A stretch of DNA of 64,000 bases, taken from the NCBI GenBank assembly GCA_963754655.1, contig CAVWGN010000001.1, positions 3,008,001 through 3,072,000 of the forward strand, given 5' to 3'. The position numbers were made by a program, and so were the translations under genes. The stretch comes from an uncultured Chlamydiae bacterium (GTDB taxonomy: Bacteria; Chlamydiota; Chlamydiia; Chlamydiales; Parachlamydiaceae). Of the stretch, positions 1 through 9,861 are shown one piece after another. The notes under the pieces are model-generated. The model saw only the letters and a list, made by a program, of their open reading frames with translations, was not told where the DNA came from and ran no database searches. The stretch's first letter is position 1, and the number at the start of each line of letters is the position of its first letter.

Positions 1-2078
1 TGCTGCAATGCTTGTTCCCATTTGGCGAGCTGGTCTTCTTTATTGATTAATTCTTCATCTAAGCTCTTGAGTTCGGATTCGCGAATAAAGACTTGATTCT
101 CATTAGGTTTAATTTTAAATAAAACGCCTCGATAGTCAAGGAAAGTGCCTGGCAGACTCCACCCTTCCTCGCATTTTCCTTCCAGCCAAGAGGCTAAAGC
201 CTCGTCGTAAGAAGAGCAAACTGCAGTAGTCTCTAAGAAATGGTCAGAAATTGGATTAGAAGAAACTTTATCGATCAAAGATTTAGGGAGTGGAGATAAA
301 GGACGTTTAAATTTTTGGAGCCATTCAATACACAGTAAAGAATAATCTTGTAAACCCGCTTGTTCTGCAAAAGCAATCAGGCTCTTAGCATCTTGTGCGC
401 ATTCAACAACTAATGTTTGAGAATAAGATCTCAATACAACAGCTAAGGCTTCGACATCTTCTGCTTTGGGATTAAAAAACTCGTAAAATGGGCGCAGCTT
501 CTGGTAAAAAGGACTTTGAGGATTTTGGGCTTCTTGCAATAATCTTTTACTTCCGGAAGAAAAGCCTTCGAGTTCATCGCGCATACGCAAAAGCATTTTT
601 TGACGTGCTTTGATTTCTAGGAATTTTCTACGAATGATCTCAATTTCTTTTTGTTTCTCTTCTCCTTGTTGAATTAATTTCTTAAGCTCTTCCTCATATT
701 GTTCTAGGCGATCTTTATGACTATCTACTAATGACGACAATTGCTGAAGGTTTTGCTTTCGTTCTTGTCTGCTTTGAGCCAATTGCTGCCCATCTATTTT
801 CAATTGTTGAAGGCGATTTTCCACCTGCTTTTGATGCCCGGACAAATTTTCTAAACGCACTTCCGCTTGCTTGAGTTCACTTTGCCATTGACTATTTTGC
901 TGCAGGCATTTGAGATGAGTTTGCTGCTTAGCTGCTAGCTCTTGGCGCAAGCGCACAACTTCTCTTTCTTGCAATTTGACCCGGTCTTGCTGATTCATCC
1001 ATTTTGCTTCTGCCTCGTTCCATTCAGCTTCCACCTGTTGACGCTTAAGGCCGATTTCACCCAGTATTTTCTGACGTGTTTGCCGCGCCAAGGCAAGATC
1101 TTCAAATTCTTGCTTGAGTTTCTTTTGGCGCTGTTGAACTTCTTTTTGGCGCTGCTGCAGGGATTGGCATTCAAGTGTTTGGATTTCTTGCTGGCCACGC
1201 AAAGTCAAAAGCTTTTCGCTTTGAAGACGTAAAGCTTTGTCATGCTGTTGTCGAATCTCTTTAATCTTTTGACATTGAGCGTATCTCAACTTTCCTTGTT
1301 CCTGGCACTCTTCCAAACGTTTTTGCTGCTTACTTTGCTTGCTTTGTAAGTCAGTTTGTTTCTTCTCTAACCCCTGCCAGCGCAAAACATAGCTTGCTTT
1401 TTCTAATTGCTCTAATTCCACTTTTTGCTCTTTAAAAATCCGCGCTTTTTTCGCTTGGCTTTCCAGAGTTTGAATGTGTTTTTCAACTTCTAGGTAAATA
1501 TCTTGAACACGTGAAAGATTAAGATCAGCCTGTTCTAATCGTTTAAGAGCTTCTTTTTTACGTTGCAGAAAACGAAGAATTCCGGCTGCCTCTTCAAATA
1601 TGTAACGACGTTCAACGGGTGTATAACTAATGATTTGGTCTAATTTTCCTTGCTCAAAAATGGAAAAAGCATTGCGTCCTACTCCTGAGCCAAGAAAAAG
1701 GGTCTGAAGATCTTTGAGGCGCACTAAATTGCCATTTAACAAATATTCAGAATCGCCAGAACGATGAAGACGACGGGTAATGGTAATTTCCTCATAATCG
1801 ATGGGCAAAGCCCCCTGCACATCTGTAAGAGTTAAAGAAACTTCGGAAAAATTAAGGGGTTTGCGATGGGTTGTCCCGGCAAAAATGACATCGGGCATTT
1901 TTGCACCCCTCATGGATTTTGCTGATTGTTCTCCTAAGACCCAACGAAAAGCATCTGCGATATTCGATTTTCCACAACCATTAGGACCCACAATGCAGGT
2001 AATACCAGCATCAAAATGCAAAATCGTTTTATCTGCAAAAGACTTAAAACCTAAAATCGCAAGTTTTTTTAGACGCAT
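1..2078 (-). CDS. smc: Chromosome segregation protein SMC (N-terminal part; 3' end runs off the window)
   Basis: Manual translation from ATG at 2078 gives MRLKKLAILGFKSFADKT...IVGPNGCGKSNIADAFRWVLGEQSAKSMRG (Walker A and SMC N-terminal signature), followed by coiled coil. The frame matches at the points I checked (about 840-1240 and 1-120). It is absent from the ORF track, presumably because there is no stop inside the window. Confidence 0.95.
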   Translation of the reverse strand, partial: MRLKKLAILGFKSFADKTILHFDAGITCIVGPNGCGKSNIADAFRWVLGEQSAKSMRGAKMPDVIFAGTTHRKPLNFSEVSLTLTDVQGALPIDYEEITITRRLHRSGDSEYLLNGNLVRLKDLQTLFLGSGVGRNAFSIFEQGKLDQIISYTPVERRYIFEEAAGILRFLQRKKEALKRLEQADLNLSRVQDIYLEVEKHIQTLESQAKKARIFKEQKVELEQLEKASYVLRWQGLEKKQTDLQSKQSKQQKRLEECQEQGKLRYAQCQKIKEIRQQHDKALRLQSEKLLTLRGQQEIQTLECQSLQQRQKEVQQRQKKLKQEFEDLALARQTRQKILGEIGLKRQQVEAEWNEAEAKWMNQQDRVKLQEREVVRLRQELAAKQQTHLKCLQQNSQWQSELKQAEVRLENLSGHQKQVENRLQQLKIDGQQLAQSRQERKQNLQQLSSLVDSHKDRLEQYEEELKKLIQQGEEKQKEIEIIRRKFLEIKARQKMLLRMRDELEGFSSGSKRLLQEAQNPQSPFYQKLRPFYEFFNPKAEDVEALAVVLRSYSQTLVVECAQDAKSLIAFAEQAGLQDYSLLCIEWLQKFKRPLSPLPKSLIDKVSSNPISDHFLETTAVCSSYDEALASWLEGKCEEGWSLPGTFLDYRGVLFKIKPNENQVFIRESELKSLDEELINKEDQLAKWEQALQ

Positions 2079-2349
2079 GCCTCCCCCTCTAATCAGTGGT
2101 TCGGTATAGCATACAATAAATTCCATCAATTCACAATATGAACACGCATTTGGAAAAGATTCAAAACACCTAAAGGATATAAAAAACAAGAGAATTTTTG
2201 TCTTTTAGGTCTTTTTTATCCTTAGCAAAGGCTTAGCAAAGAGTGAGTTTATTCCCTATTCTTTCTATTCTATTGTTCTTAAAGAGGATTTTTTTTTATA
2301 ATCTTTAAATAGCCATTCATTTAGATTTTAAATCCTTAAAGGACATTGT

Positions 2350-3633
2350 ATGTTGGATATTCGTCTCATTCGCAAAGATCATGCAACCATTGAAGCTAAA
2401 TTGAAAACCAAAGATGCTCAAATTGACTTGTCCCATCTTCGTACACTTGATCAACAAATTCGCGAAGAGAAAACAAAAGTTGAAAATCTTAAAGCTAAGC
2501 GCAACGAATATTCTCAAAAAATTGGTGAACTTAAACGATCGGGGCAAGATGCCAGCGAATTTATGGCACAAGTGGCACAATCAGCTGAGGAAATCCATCG
2601 AATCGATCATGAACTTAAACTCTTAGAAGAAGAATTTACGCAAGAATTAGCGCGTCTTCCCAATCTGCCTATGGATGACATTAAGATTTCTCAAGATCCT
2701 AAAGATAATGTCGTTATCAAGGAGGTAGGTCAAAAACCCTCTTTCACTTTTTCCTTTAAGAATCACGTAGAATTGAATGAACGATTGAATCTTTTTGATT
2801 TTAAACGAGGAGCGAAAATTTCCGGCGCAGGCTGGCCCGTTTATCGTCATATGGGAGCTCGCCTTGAATGGGCTCTTCTACAATACATGCTTGAAATTCA
2901 TATTAAAAATGGTTTTACGCAATGGATTCCTCCTTTATTGGTTCGCCCTCCCATTATGTTTGGCTCCGGCCAACTTCCGAAATTTGATAGTCAACTCTTT
3001 AAAATCAATGACCCCGATTATCACCTTTATCTGATTCCAACAGCTGAAGTTTCTATTAATGGACTCCATCTGGATGAAATCATTCCAACAGAAGATTTAA
3101 CCTTAAAGTATGTTGCCTATACTCCCTGTTTTCGACGCGAAGCTGGAGCAGCGGGTTCTCAGGAAAGGGGCCTTATCCGCATGCATCAATTTAATAAAGT
3201 AGAAATGTTTTGCTTTGCAAAGCCTGAGGAGAGCATGCAGGTATTTGATCAAATGATGGCAAGTGCCGAAGAGGTATTGAGAGGACTTGAATTGCATTAC
3301 CGCAATGTTCTCTTAGTAACAGGCGATATGTCTTTTGCTGCTGCTCGTACAGTAGATATTGAAGTGTGGCTGCCTGGCCAAAATCGCTATTATGAAGTTT
3401 CTTCTGTGTCTAATTGTACAGATTATCAAGCTCGCCGTTCTAATACACGTTTTAGACGCGAAGATGGCAAATTAGATTTTGTCCATACATTGAATGGCTC
3501 AGGACTTGCCACCTCTCGTCTCATGGTTGCTCTGCTTGAAAATAACCAACAAGAAGATGGATCTATCCACTTACCACCTCCTTTACAGCGCTATTTAGGC
3601 GGGCAAACGCATCTCATTCCTCCATCTTCCTAA
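2350..3633 (+). CDS. serS: Serine--tRNA ligase
   Basis: MLDIRLIR N-terminus, coiled arm, LIPTAEV, CFRREAG...RGLIRMHQFNKVE, EVSSVSNCTDYQARR, HTLNGSGLATSR. Confidence 0.98.
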   Translation: MLDIRLIRKDHATIEAKLKTKDAQIDLSHLRTLDQQIREEKTKVENLKAKRNEYSQKIGELKRSGQDASEFMAQVAQSAEEIHRIDHELKLLEEEFTQELARLPNLPMDDIKISQDPKDNVVIKEVGQKPSFTFSFKNHVELNERLNLFDFKRGAKISGAGWPVYRHMGARLEWALLQYMLEIHIKNGFTQWIPPLLVRPPIMFGSGQLPKFDSQLFKINDPDYHLYLIPTAEVSINGLHLDEIIPTEDLTLKYVAYTPCFRREAGAAGSQERGLIRMHQFNKVEMFCFAKPEESMQVFDQMMASAEEVLRGLELHYRNVLLVTGDMSFAAARTVDIEVWLPGQNRYYEVSSVSNCTDYQARRSNTRFRREDGKLDFVHTLNGSGLATSRLMVALLENNQQEDGSIHLPPPLQRYLGGQTHLIPPSS

Positions 3634-4043
3634 ATTTCTTTATTATTCTTAATAAGGGCTTGGTTTTTCAATTAAAAGTTCAAGCAATTATTTTAAAACT
3701 GATCTTAATTTTTGGATTTTAAATATGCCAATCATTAGATTTAATGACTTGTATTCAAGTTCTTTTCTTGCTGATTTCAATAGCAATAAAGGGTCATAAT
3801 TAAATCAATATGATCCATTTGTTAGATCTCAACCAGCAGACAAACAATCTTGAATATAGATCATTAAATTTTTTAGAATTCTTAAAGTTAAAAGTCGATT
3901 ATTTTGATGAATCAAAGCTTAACTTGTTAAAGATAAGACAAAATCCTTCCCTAGCAGAGACCAAAAAAAGTCCTTTTGCATATTTTATAAACACCTAATT
4001 TTCAACGATCTAAAATAATAAAATTTTCTTAAAAAAAAAACCT

Positions 4044-4073
4044 TTGACAGATAATTAAAAAATCATTGATAGT
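4044..4073 (+). promoter_or_regulatory. Putative sigma66/sigma70 promoter of the pom gene
   Basis: Perfect TTGACA at 4044-4049 preceded by an A-tract, 18-bp spacer, GATAGT; about 235 bp upstream of the ATG. Confidence 0.5.
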
Positions 4074-4310
4074 GACGTCGAATTACGCAGAGTTTTGTTT
4101 ACAGGTATTGCAGTGACAACATTGTTGCGAGCTTTTGCGTTGGTTGCTTAGGCAATTCTAAAAGAAAAAGCAAAGCAACAAAGTGATTAGATCAAGAAAT
4201 TTTAATTTAGGCTAATCACAAAACTAGCGCTTAAACAATAAGCGTTCTGGCAACAAAGCCAAATATGGAAGAAAATTTAAGGTAAACTTCAACGTTAACA
4301 AGGAAACAAT

Positions 4311-5297
4311 ATGCGAAAGTGGATAACCTTATTAATGACGTTATTGGTGGGATGCGGATCCTATGCCAATGCAAATATGGGCCAGGTGACTTTTGAAGCC
4401 GGCTATCGTCGTGATAATATTGACTGGAAACATCGGTTTCCTTCAGAAGATCCCTTTGTATCCTCTCGCCAAAGATTTAAAGATCTCGACATTTTCCAAA
4501 TTGGTGTTCATGGAAGATCGACTTTGGGCAACAACTTCTATGTACGCGGTTCTGCTTATTGGGGTTGGATTATAGATGGTGACTTTGAGCGTAGTTTTAA
4601 TGCTTATTTTAGTCCTTATGATTCTTATGAATTTAATGACAATTTCAAATTCGGATTTTCCGATGACAGATACAGCACCGTTGATGATCGGTATGTATTC
4701 GGAATTGGGGCTGCCATTGGCTATCCATTCTATTTTTGTGATTGCACAATGGTTCTTGCTCCAGTGATCGGTTATGCTTTTGATGAGCAAAACGTTAGAG
4801 TTGATGATCCAGGCTTTAACTTCGGTGGAGATTCTTATTGCGATGATTTCGGTCTCCTCAATAATGGAAACGAACATTGCTGCAGACAAACATTTATTTC
4901 TCGTTGGTATGGACCTTTTGTCGGGGTTGATTTCGATTGGCGTCCATGGAATTCCTGCTTTAATGTTTGGGGTGAATTGGAATACCATTGGGGTTGCTTC
5001 AGAGGCAAAAGAAGCGAATTCGATCATAACTTCTGTGATGATCACAACCGCTCTTCTCATGATGCCACAGCTTGGGTATTTGCTGCAGGTTTTGACTATG
5101 ACCTCTGCAATAACTGGACAATTGGTCTATCTGTGAAATTCCAAGATTGGAGTGCAAACAGACATCATAGATACCGTGGCAACTTCGGTGAAGACAGCTA
5201 CGGCGATGACTTTTTCGGATCTAGAGATGATCGCATCAGAGACAATCATAAATGGCGTTCTTATGCAATTAACTTGACATTCGGCCGCGATTTCTAA
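4311..5297 (+). CDS. Protochlamydia outer membrane protein (PomS-like beta-barrel porin family)
   Basis: Signal peptide, alternating aromatic beta-strand pattern, Cys-rich, C-terminal Phe (TFGRDF), motifs GYRRDNIDW and SRWYGPFVG; size fits the Pom family. Confidence 0.75.
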   Translation: MRKWITLLMTLLVGCGSYANANMGQVTFEAGYRRDNIDWKHRFPSEDPFVSSRQRFKDLDIFQIGVHGRSTLGNNFYVRGSAYWGWIIDGDFERSFNAYFSPYDSYEFNDNFKFGFSDDRYSTVDDRYVFGIGAAIGYPFYFCDCTMVLAPVIGYAFDEQNVRVDDPGFNFGGDSYCDDFGLLNNGNEHCCRQTFISRWYGPFVGVDFDWRPWNSCFNVWGELEYHWGCFRGKRSEFDHNFCDDHNRSSHDATAWVFAAGFDYDLCNNWTIGLSVKFQDWSANRHHRYRGNFGEDSYGDDFFGSRDDRIRDNHKWRSYAINLTFGRDF

Positions 5298-5321
5298 TCT
5301 TGTCTTCAACTGACTCTTTTC

Positions 5322-5370
5322 ATCGCCTAGGGCAGACCTTGCGTCGCCCTACGCGATTTCTTACTTTTTT
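5322..5370 (+). terminator. Rho-independent terminator after the pom gene
   Basis: Stem ATCGC-TAGGGC-GAC / GTC-GCCCTA-GCGAT followed by a T-rich tract. Confidence 0.65.
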
Positions 5371-5421
5371 CTTATTCTCTCATTCACTTTCTCTCGTTAA
5401 ACTTAATTGTAGACGACTCTT

Positions 5422-6456
5422 ATGCCTCAAGTCCTTGCCTTAAAAGATTTCTTACAAAGACCAGGTCCCATTCTAGATGTCAGGAGCCCAAGCGAATTCC
5501 AACAGGGACATATTCCAGGATCACTTGCATTTTCTTTATTTAGTGACGAGGAACGGGCACAAATTGGCACAATCTATAAAAAGCAAAGTCGACAAAAAGC
5601 AGTAGAAGTCGGATTATTCTTTGTCCTCCCCAAATTAGATACGATATTGAACCAAGCTTCTTCCTGTCTCGCTTCTCATGGAAATGTTCTCTGTTGGCGA
5701 GGAGGAATGCGTAGTGGTTTTGTAGCGCGTTTTTTAGAATCAATAGGTTATCTCATCGCTACTTTACAAGGCGGTTATAAAACTTATCGACGATGGGCTC
5801 TTCAACGTTTAGATTCTCTTCCCTTCTCCTCTCTTTGCGTCTTAGGAGGGCTAACAGGAAGTGGCAAAACCGCTATCTTACAAGCCCTGCAAAAACAAGG
5901 CGAACAAGTAATTGATTTAGAAGCTTTAGCTAAACATCGCGGTAGTGCGTTTGGAGGAATTGGGCTTGGCCAGCAGCCTACCCAAGAGCAATTTGAAAAT
6001 GAACTTGCCTGGTTGCTCGAGCGGTTAGACTGGTCAAGACCTGTTTGGATTGAAGATGAAAGCCGCCTGATAGGACGTTGCCATCTGCCGCATACTCTTT
6101 ATCAATGTTTACTTCAGGCTCCTCTTTTTTACGTGCAACGTTCTTCAACGGAGCGTTTAAAAATTCTTTTAGCCCAATACGGACAAGCTCCAAAGTCACA
6201 ACTTTTAGAAGCGGTGAAGCGTATTTCGAAACATCTTGGAAGCCAAGTAACAAAAGAAGTCCAACAATTGATTGAACAAGAACAAATGGAACAAGGTTTT
6301 GAAAGGTTACTTGCTTATTATGATAAAACCTATCAACATCAAATGATAAAACGTCAAATAAAATATGACATTGAAAGCCCCCTTCTTTCAACTTCTGATG
6401 AATGGGCAAAACGTTGTCTAGAAATGTATCATTATTTGAGAACAAAAAAATCATGA
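5422..6456 (+). CDS. mnmH: tRNA 2-selenouridine(34) synthase / geranyltransferase
   Basis: Rhodanese domain (DVRSPSEF..GHIPG, CWRGGMRS), P-loop GLTGSGKT, DLEALAKHRGSAFG, EDESRLIG. Confidence 0.93.
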   Translation: MPQVLALKDFLQRPGPILDVRSPSEFQQGHIPGSLAFSLFSDEERAQIGTIYKKQSRQKAVEVGLFFVLPKLDTILNQASSCLASHGNVLCWRGGMRSGFVARFLESIGYLIATLQGGYKTYRRWALQRLDSLPFSSLCVLGGLTGSGKTAILQALQKQGEQVIDLEALAKHRGSAFGGIGLGQQPTQEQFENELAWLLERLDWSRPVWIEDESRLIGRCHLPHTLYQCLLQAPLFYVQRSSTERLKILLAQYGQAPKSQLLEAVKRISKHLGSQVTKEVQQLIEQEQMEQGFERLLAYYDKTYQHQMIKRQIKYDIESPLLSTSDEWAKRCLEMYHYLRTKKS

Positions 6457-7766
6457 AAGATTCTTCCCTTATCCAAGATTTCTTAACTTTTTTGGATGAC
6501 TCACCCACTGCTTGGCATGCTGTTGCACGAGCTCGTCATCAACTCCAACAGGCTGGCTTTATAGAATTATCGGAACAAAATTACTGGAATATTCAACCTC
6601 AACAGCCTTATTTAGTCACCCGTAATGGCTCTTCGCTTTGTGCTTTCATTACTCCTCGTCGCTTTCCTCAACGACTCCGCTTATTAGCCTCGCATACAGA
6701 CAGCCCTAGCCTGAAGCTCAAACCTCAGCCTGAAATCCGAAAACATCGCGCCATTTTGCTAGGAGTCGAAGTGTATGGCTCCCCTTTACTAAGCTCTTGG
6801 CTCAATCGTGATTTAGGAATCGCTGGACGCGTCCTTTATAGCCATCACGGACAAGTAAGAGAAAGCCTGGTCCGTCTCGATCGCTATCCTGTCACAATCC
6901 CTCAGCTTGCCATTCACTTAGATCGCGAGGTCAATGACAAAGGCTTGCATCTCAATAAGCAGGAGCATTTAAATGCTCTAGCCGGATTAGAAAGTGCTTT
7001 TAAAGGGTCTTCTTTTTTAGAATCTCTATTGCAAGAAGAGCTGGATTTTGAACAAATCATTGCTCATGATCTTCTCTTATTTCCTTTGGAAAAAGCACGT
7101 CTATTGGGATTTCAAGACTCTTTTTTAGCTGCTTATCGCATCGATAGCTTAGCCAGTGTGCATGCCGCCTTAAAAGCCCTTTTACATCACCTAGATCCGT
7201 TAGAAGATGACATCAAAATGGTTATATTTTGGGACAATGAGGAGGTAGGATCTCACACAGCTCAAGGAGCTGACTCTCCTTTTTTCAGCCAAATCTTAGA
7301 ACGGATTTTACAGGGATTCAAAGGGTCAAGAGAAGATTATTTTTGTTTGCTCAATCGATCCACTTGTATTTCTATTGATTTAGCGCATGCTTTGCATCCC
7401 AATTATGCTGAGAAGCATGATCCACAGCATCAGCCTTTTTTAGGCCATGGCATTGTCCTCAAAAGCAATGCTCAACAGCGCTACGCCACCAACGCACGTT
7501 CTTCTTTGCCTGTCAAAATGATGGCAGCTCTTAAACAGATTCCCCTGCAAACATTTGTCAGCCGCAATGATATTCCATGTGGCACCACAATTGGTCCCTT
7601 GCAAGCTTCCTTAACAGGCATGCCCACAACCGATATTGGCTGTGGCCAACTCTCCATGCACTCCTGCCGCGAACTCATGTCCTGCCAAGACCACATCGAC
7701 ATGTGCCTCTTGCTAGGAAATATTTTGCAAACGCCTCATTGGCCTCAACCTTTTACATGTGAATGA
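6453..7766 (+). CDS. apeB: M18 family (aspartyl) aminopeptidase
   Basis: SPTAWHA, SHTDSP, EVYGSPLLSSWLNRDL, DNEEVGS, DLAHALHPNY, CGTTIGP, SMHSCRE. The ATG at 6453 overlaps the mnmH stop (ATGA). Confidence 0.9.
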   Translation: MKDSSLIQDFLTFLDDSPTAWHAVARARHQLQQAGFIELSEQNYWNIQPQQPYLVTRNGSSLCAFITPRRFPQRLRLLASHTDSPSLKLKPQPEIRKHRAILLGVEVYGSPLLSSWLNRDLGIAGRVLYSHHGQVRESLVRLDRYPVTIPQLAIHLDREVNDKGLHLNKQEHLNALAGLESAFKGSSFLESLLQEELDFEQIIAHDLLLFPLEKARLLGFQDSFLAAYRIDSLASVHAALKALLHHLDPLEDDIKMVIFWDNEEVGSHTAQGADSPFFSQILERILQGFKGSREDYFCLLNRSTCISIDLAHALHPNYAEKHDPQHQPFLGHGIVLKSNAQQRYATNARSSLPVKMMAALKQIPLQTFVSRNDIPCGTTIGPLQASLTGMPTTDIGCGQLSMHSCRELMSCQDHIDMCLLLGNILQTPHWPQPFTCE

Positions 7767-7831
7767 AGAGAAGAATTGATTAGTCGTATGATCGGCGAAC
7801 TTTAGAATATTAGAATCAAATGACAAATGAC

Positions 7832-8475
7832 TAGTACTCCATTACATGAGTTTTAGCCTATTAGGACTGCTTCAAAGCCCGGGATTGGGATGAGATGATT
7901 CTCTTGTAGTCCTTCAGACTACATGACGAGGGCTAATCTAACCCAGGGCTAGGGTGTTCATTTTGTGCAAAAAATGAGCTTTATTTTTCACAATAATTGG
8001 CATAGTTGAATAGAAGGTCGCATGTTTATGCCGTCCTTTCAGGACTCGATGTCTTTTTGATAGAACCCAGGCCTCCGCTTCGCTGCGACCTGGGCTGTAA
8101 CATGACGGCCCTTCAGGCCTTAACAAAAAGATGATTTAGGGACTATAGAAGAGGGACTTAAACATCTCTTGTTAAGGCCTGAAGGGCCGTCATGTTACAG
8201 CCCAGGTCGCAGCGAAGCGGAGGCCTGGGTTCTATCAAAAAGACATCGAGTCCTGAAAGGACGGCATAAACATGCGACCTTCTATTCAACTATGCCAATT
8301 ATTGTGAAAAATAAAGCTCATTTTTTGCACAAAATGAACACCCTAGCCCAGGGCGATGCCCTGGGTTAGATTAGTCCTCGTCATGTAGTCTGAAGGACTA
8401 CAAGAGAATCATCTCATCCCAACCCCGGGCTTTGAAGCAGTCCCCATAGGCTAAAAATCATGTAATGGAGTACTA
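7832..8475. repeat. 644-bp fold-back element (REP/REPIN-like inverted repeat with internal hairpins)
   Basis: Arm 7832-8126 is the near-perfect reverse complement of 8169-8475 (a few mismatches and one 12-bp indel), with a ~42-bp spacer. The core recurs at 38535-38905. Confidence 0.95.
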
Positions 8476-8520
8476 CGACAATTTTAGTTAGATAGGTTCG
8501 TTATCTTTTATTTCTAAAAA

Positions 8521-9861
8521 TTACGCCTTCACCATTCCTGCTTTTCCTTTAGGATTAAAGTTGCTAGCAGCGATTGCCTCGTCAAAAACTTTAGCAGGAT
8601 CCAGCATGGGATCAAGATCTCGCTTTTGAGTCACATAAGAGAGCAGCATTTCAACGACTGCGGTTCGGTCTTCAATGGAAAGAGGCTCTAACTGTTCCCA
8701 AGCGCGATTAATCAAACTTGCCGTCAATTGTTCTTGTGTACTTGCTTTTTTGCTTGGATCAGGAAGTGCTGTAAATTTTCCTAATAAGAGATCTCTTAAC
8801 TCTTCCGGTTCTATTCCTCCAAAATTTCCGCTTTGCACTTTGCCAACCTCTGCAGAATAAAGCAGGCTCAGAGCAACCCCAATCAACACCACTTTTAACA
8901 TGCGAGCCAAGCGATCTTGATCTTGTGGAGATAAATGCTCCGTTCCTTTCATGTGCTGAATAAGAGTAGTATTAACGAAGTTAGGATCGGCTACAATTTT
9001 AATGACGTCCTTAGCAAAATTTTGAATGGCAGGCACGTGGTTATGACGCTCGCGACTCCTTAAATTGCTAACAGCCTCATTCCAAGAATTAAAATAAATC
9101 GGTCCAACAACCATCAAATTGATTAAGGGCACGAGATTTTGAACGGAGACGGTTGGAAAAAGAGGCTGCAACCGTTCAATCAACTCCATGACTCCTCCCA
9201 AAGGATTTGTTCCATGAATTAACTCCGCTCCAATGGCCACTCCTCCCCCCGCCAATAAAGCAGCCGTCAAAGGCAGCACAAGCACTTGAGAAGAATCTTG
9301 AGGTGCAGAAGTATCGGAAATTTCAGTGGATGGCGGGATACGCTCTAAAACTTGTAACCGATCCAATGTGGAGAGCAATTCTATCTGTTCTACCCCTTTA
9401 GCAGCGGCAGCATTAGCAGATGTCACACCCTGCACTCCAGAAACAGAGTCTGATTGAGGGTCTCCTTTGCGACGAATTTCCTGCAATTGTTGATAAACAG
9501 GAGAAGCCAATAACTGACGAACATATTCTTCAATTTCCCGCAAATTTTTCATCCATCCTTCTAAAACAGAATTTTTAATTTCTTCTCCTTTTAAAACAAA
9601 GCTATGAATGGTATTGGCTACAGCACGTCCCGTTGCATCGATGGAGGCTACTGCAAAGGCCATGCATTGTTCAGAAGGTGCGTTTAAAATAGGCATGTTC
9701 ATAGGAGGGACAACTTCAGGGCGAACTGCCTTACTTTTTTCAATACTAGAAGCTCCAGAATCAACTTTGGGTCCCTCTTGGCCAACTTCAGGCGCAGAAA
9801 TGGGAGTGGGCCCTCGTACTTTTCCCACTGAATCCTCGTGAATATTAGCATTTAACATCAT
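8521..9861 (-). CDS. Hypothetical protein (446 aa), possible secreted or membrane-associated protein
   Basis: Long ORF with an RBS (GAGGT), AT-rich upstream region with extended -10 TGTTATAAT, Pro/Ser-rich N-terminus and two hydrophobic segments; no family recognised. Confidence 0.75.
   Translation of the reverse strand: MMLNANIHEDSVGKVRGPTPISAPEVGQEGPKVDSGASSIEKSKAVRPEVVPPMNMPILNAPSEQCMAFAVASIDATGRAVANTIHSFVLKGEEIKNSVLEGWMKNLREIEEYVRQLLASPVYQQLQEIRRKGDPQSDSVSGVQGVTSANAAAAKGVEQIELLSTLDRLQVLERIPPSTEISDTSAPQDSSQVLVLPLTAALLAGGGVAIGAELIHGTNPLGGVMELIERLQPLFPTVSVQNLVPLINLMVVGPIYFNSWNEAVSNLRSRERHNHVPAIQNFAKDVIKIVADPNFVNTTLIQHMKGTEHLSPQDQDRLARMLKVVLIGVALSLLYSAEVGKVQSGNFGGIEPEELRDLLLGKFTALPDPSKKASTQEQLTASLINRAWEQLEPLSIEDRTAVVEMLLSYVTQKRDLDPMLDPAKVFDEAIAASNFNPKGKAGMVKA

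Noticed and set aside
942..2109. Short ORFs at 942-1232, 995-1198 and 1801-2109
   Set aside because: They are shadow or out-of-frame ORFs of smc, whose own frame was open wherever I checked.
4443..5060. 205-aa antisense ORF within the pom gene, and similar antisense ORFs in dnaK, recJ and the NTT genes
   Set aside because: These are codon-bias shadows of highly expressed genes with no independent coding signal.
7938..8369. Near-identical small ORFs MLRPEGPSCYSPGRSEAEAW... (also at 38522-38716) as a repeated peptide or toxin family
   Set aside because: They are by-products of the palindromic repeat, with TTG starts inside hairpins and no RBS; conservation is at the DNA-structure level.
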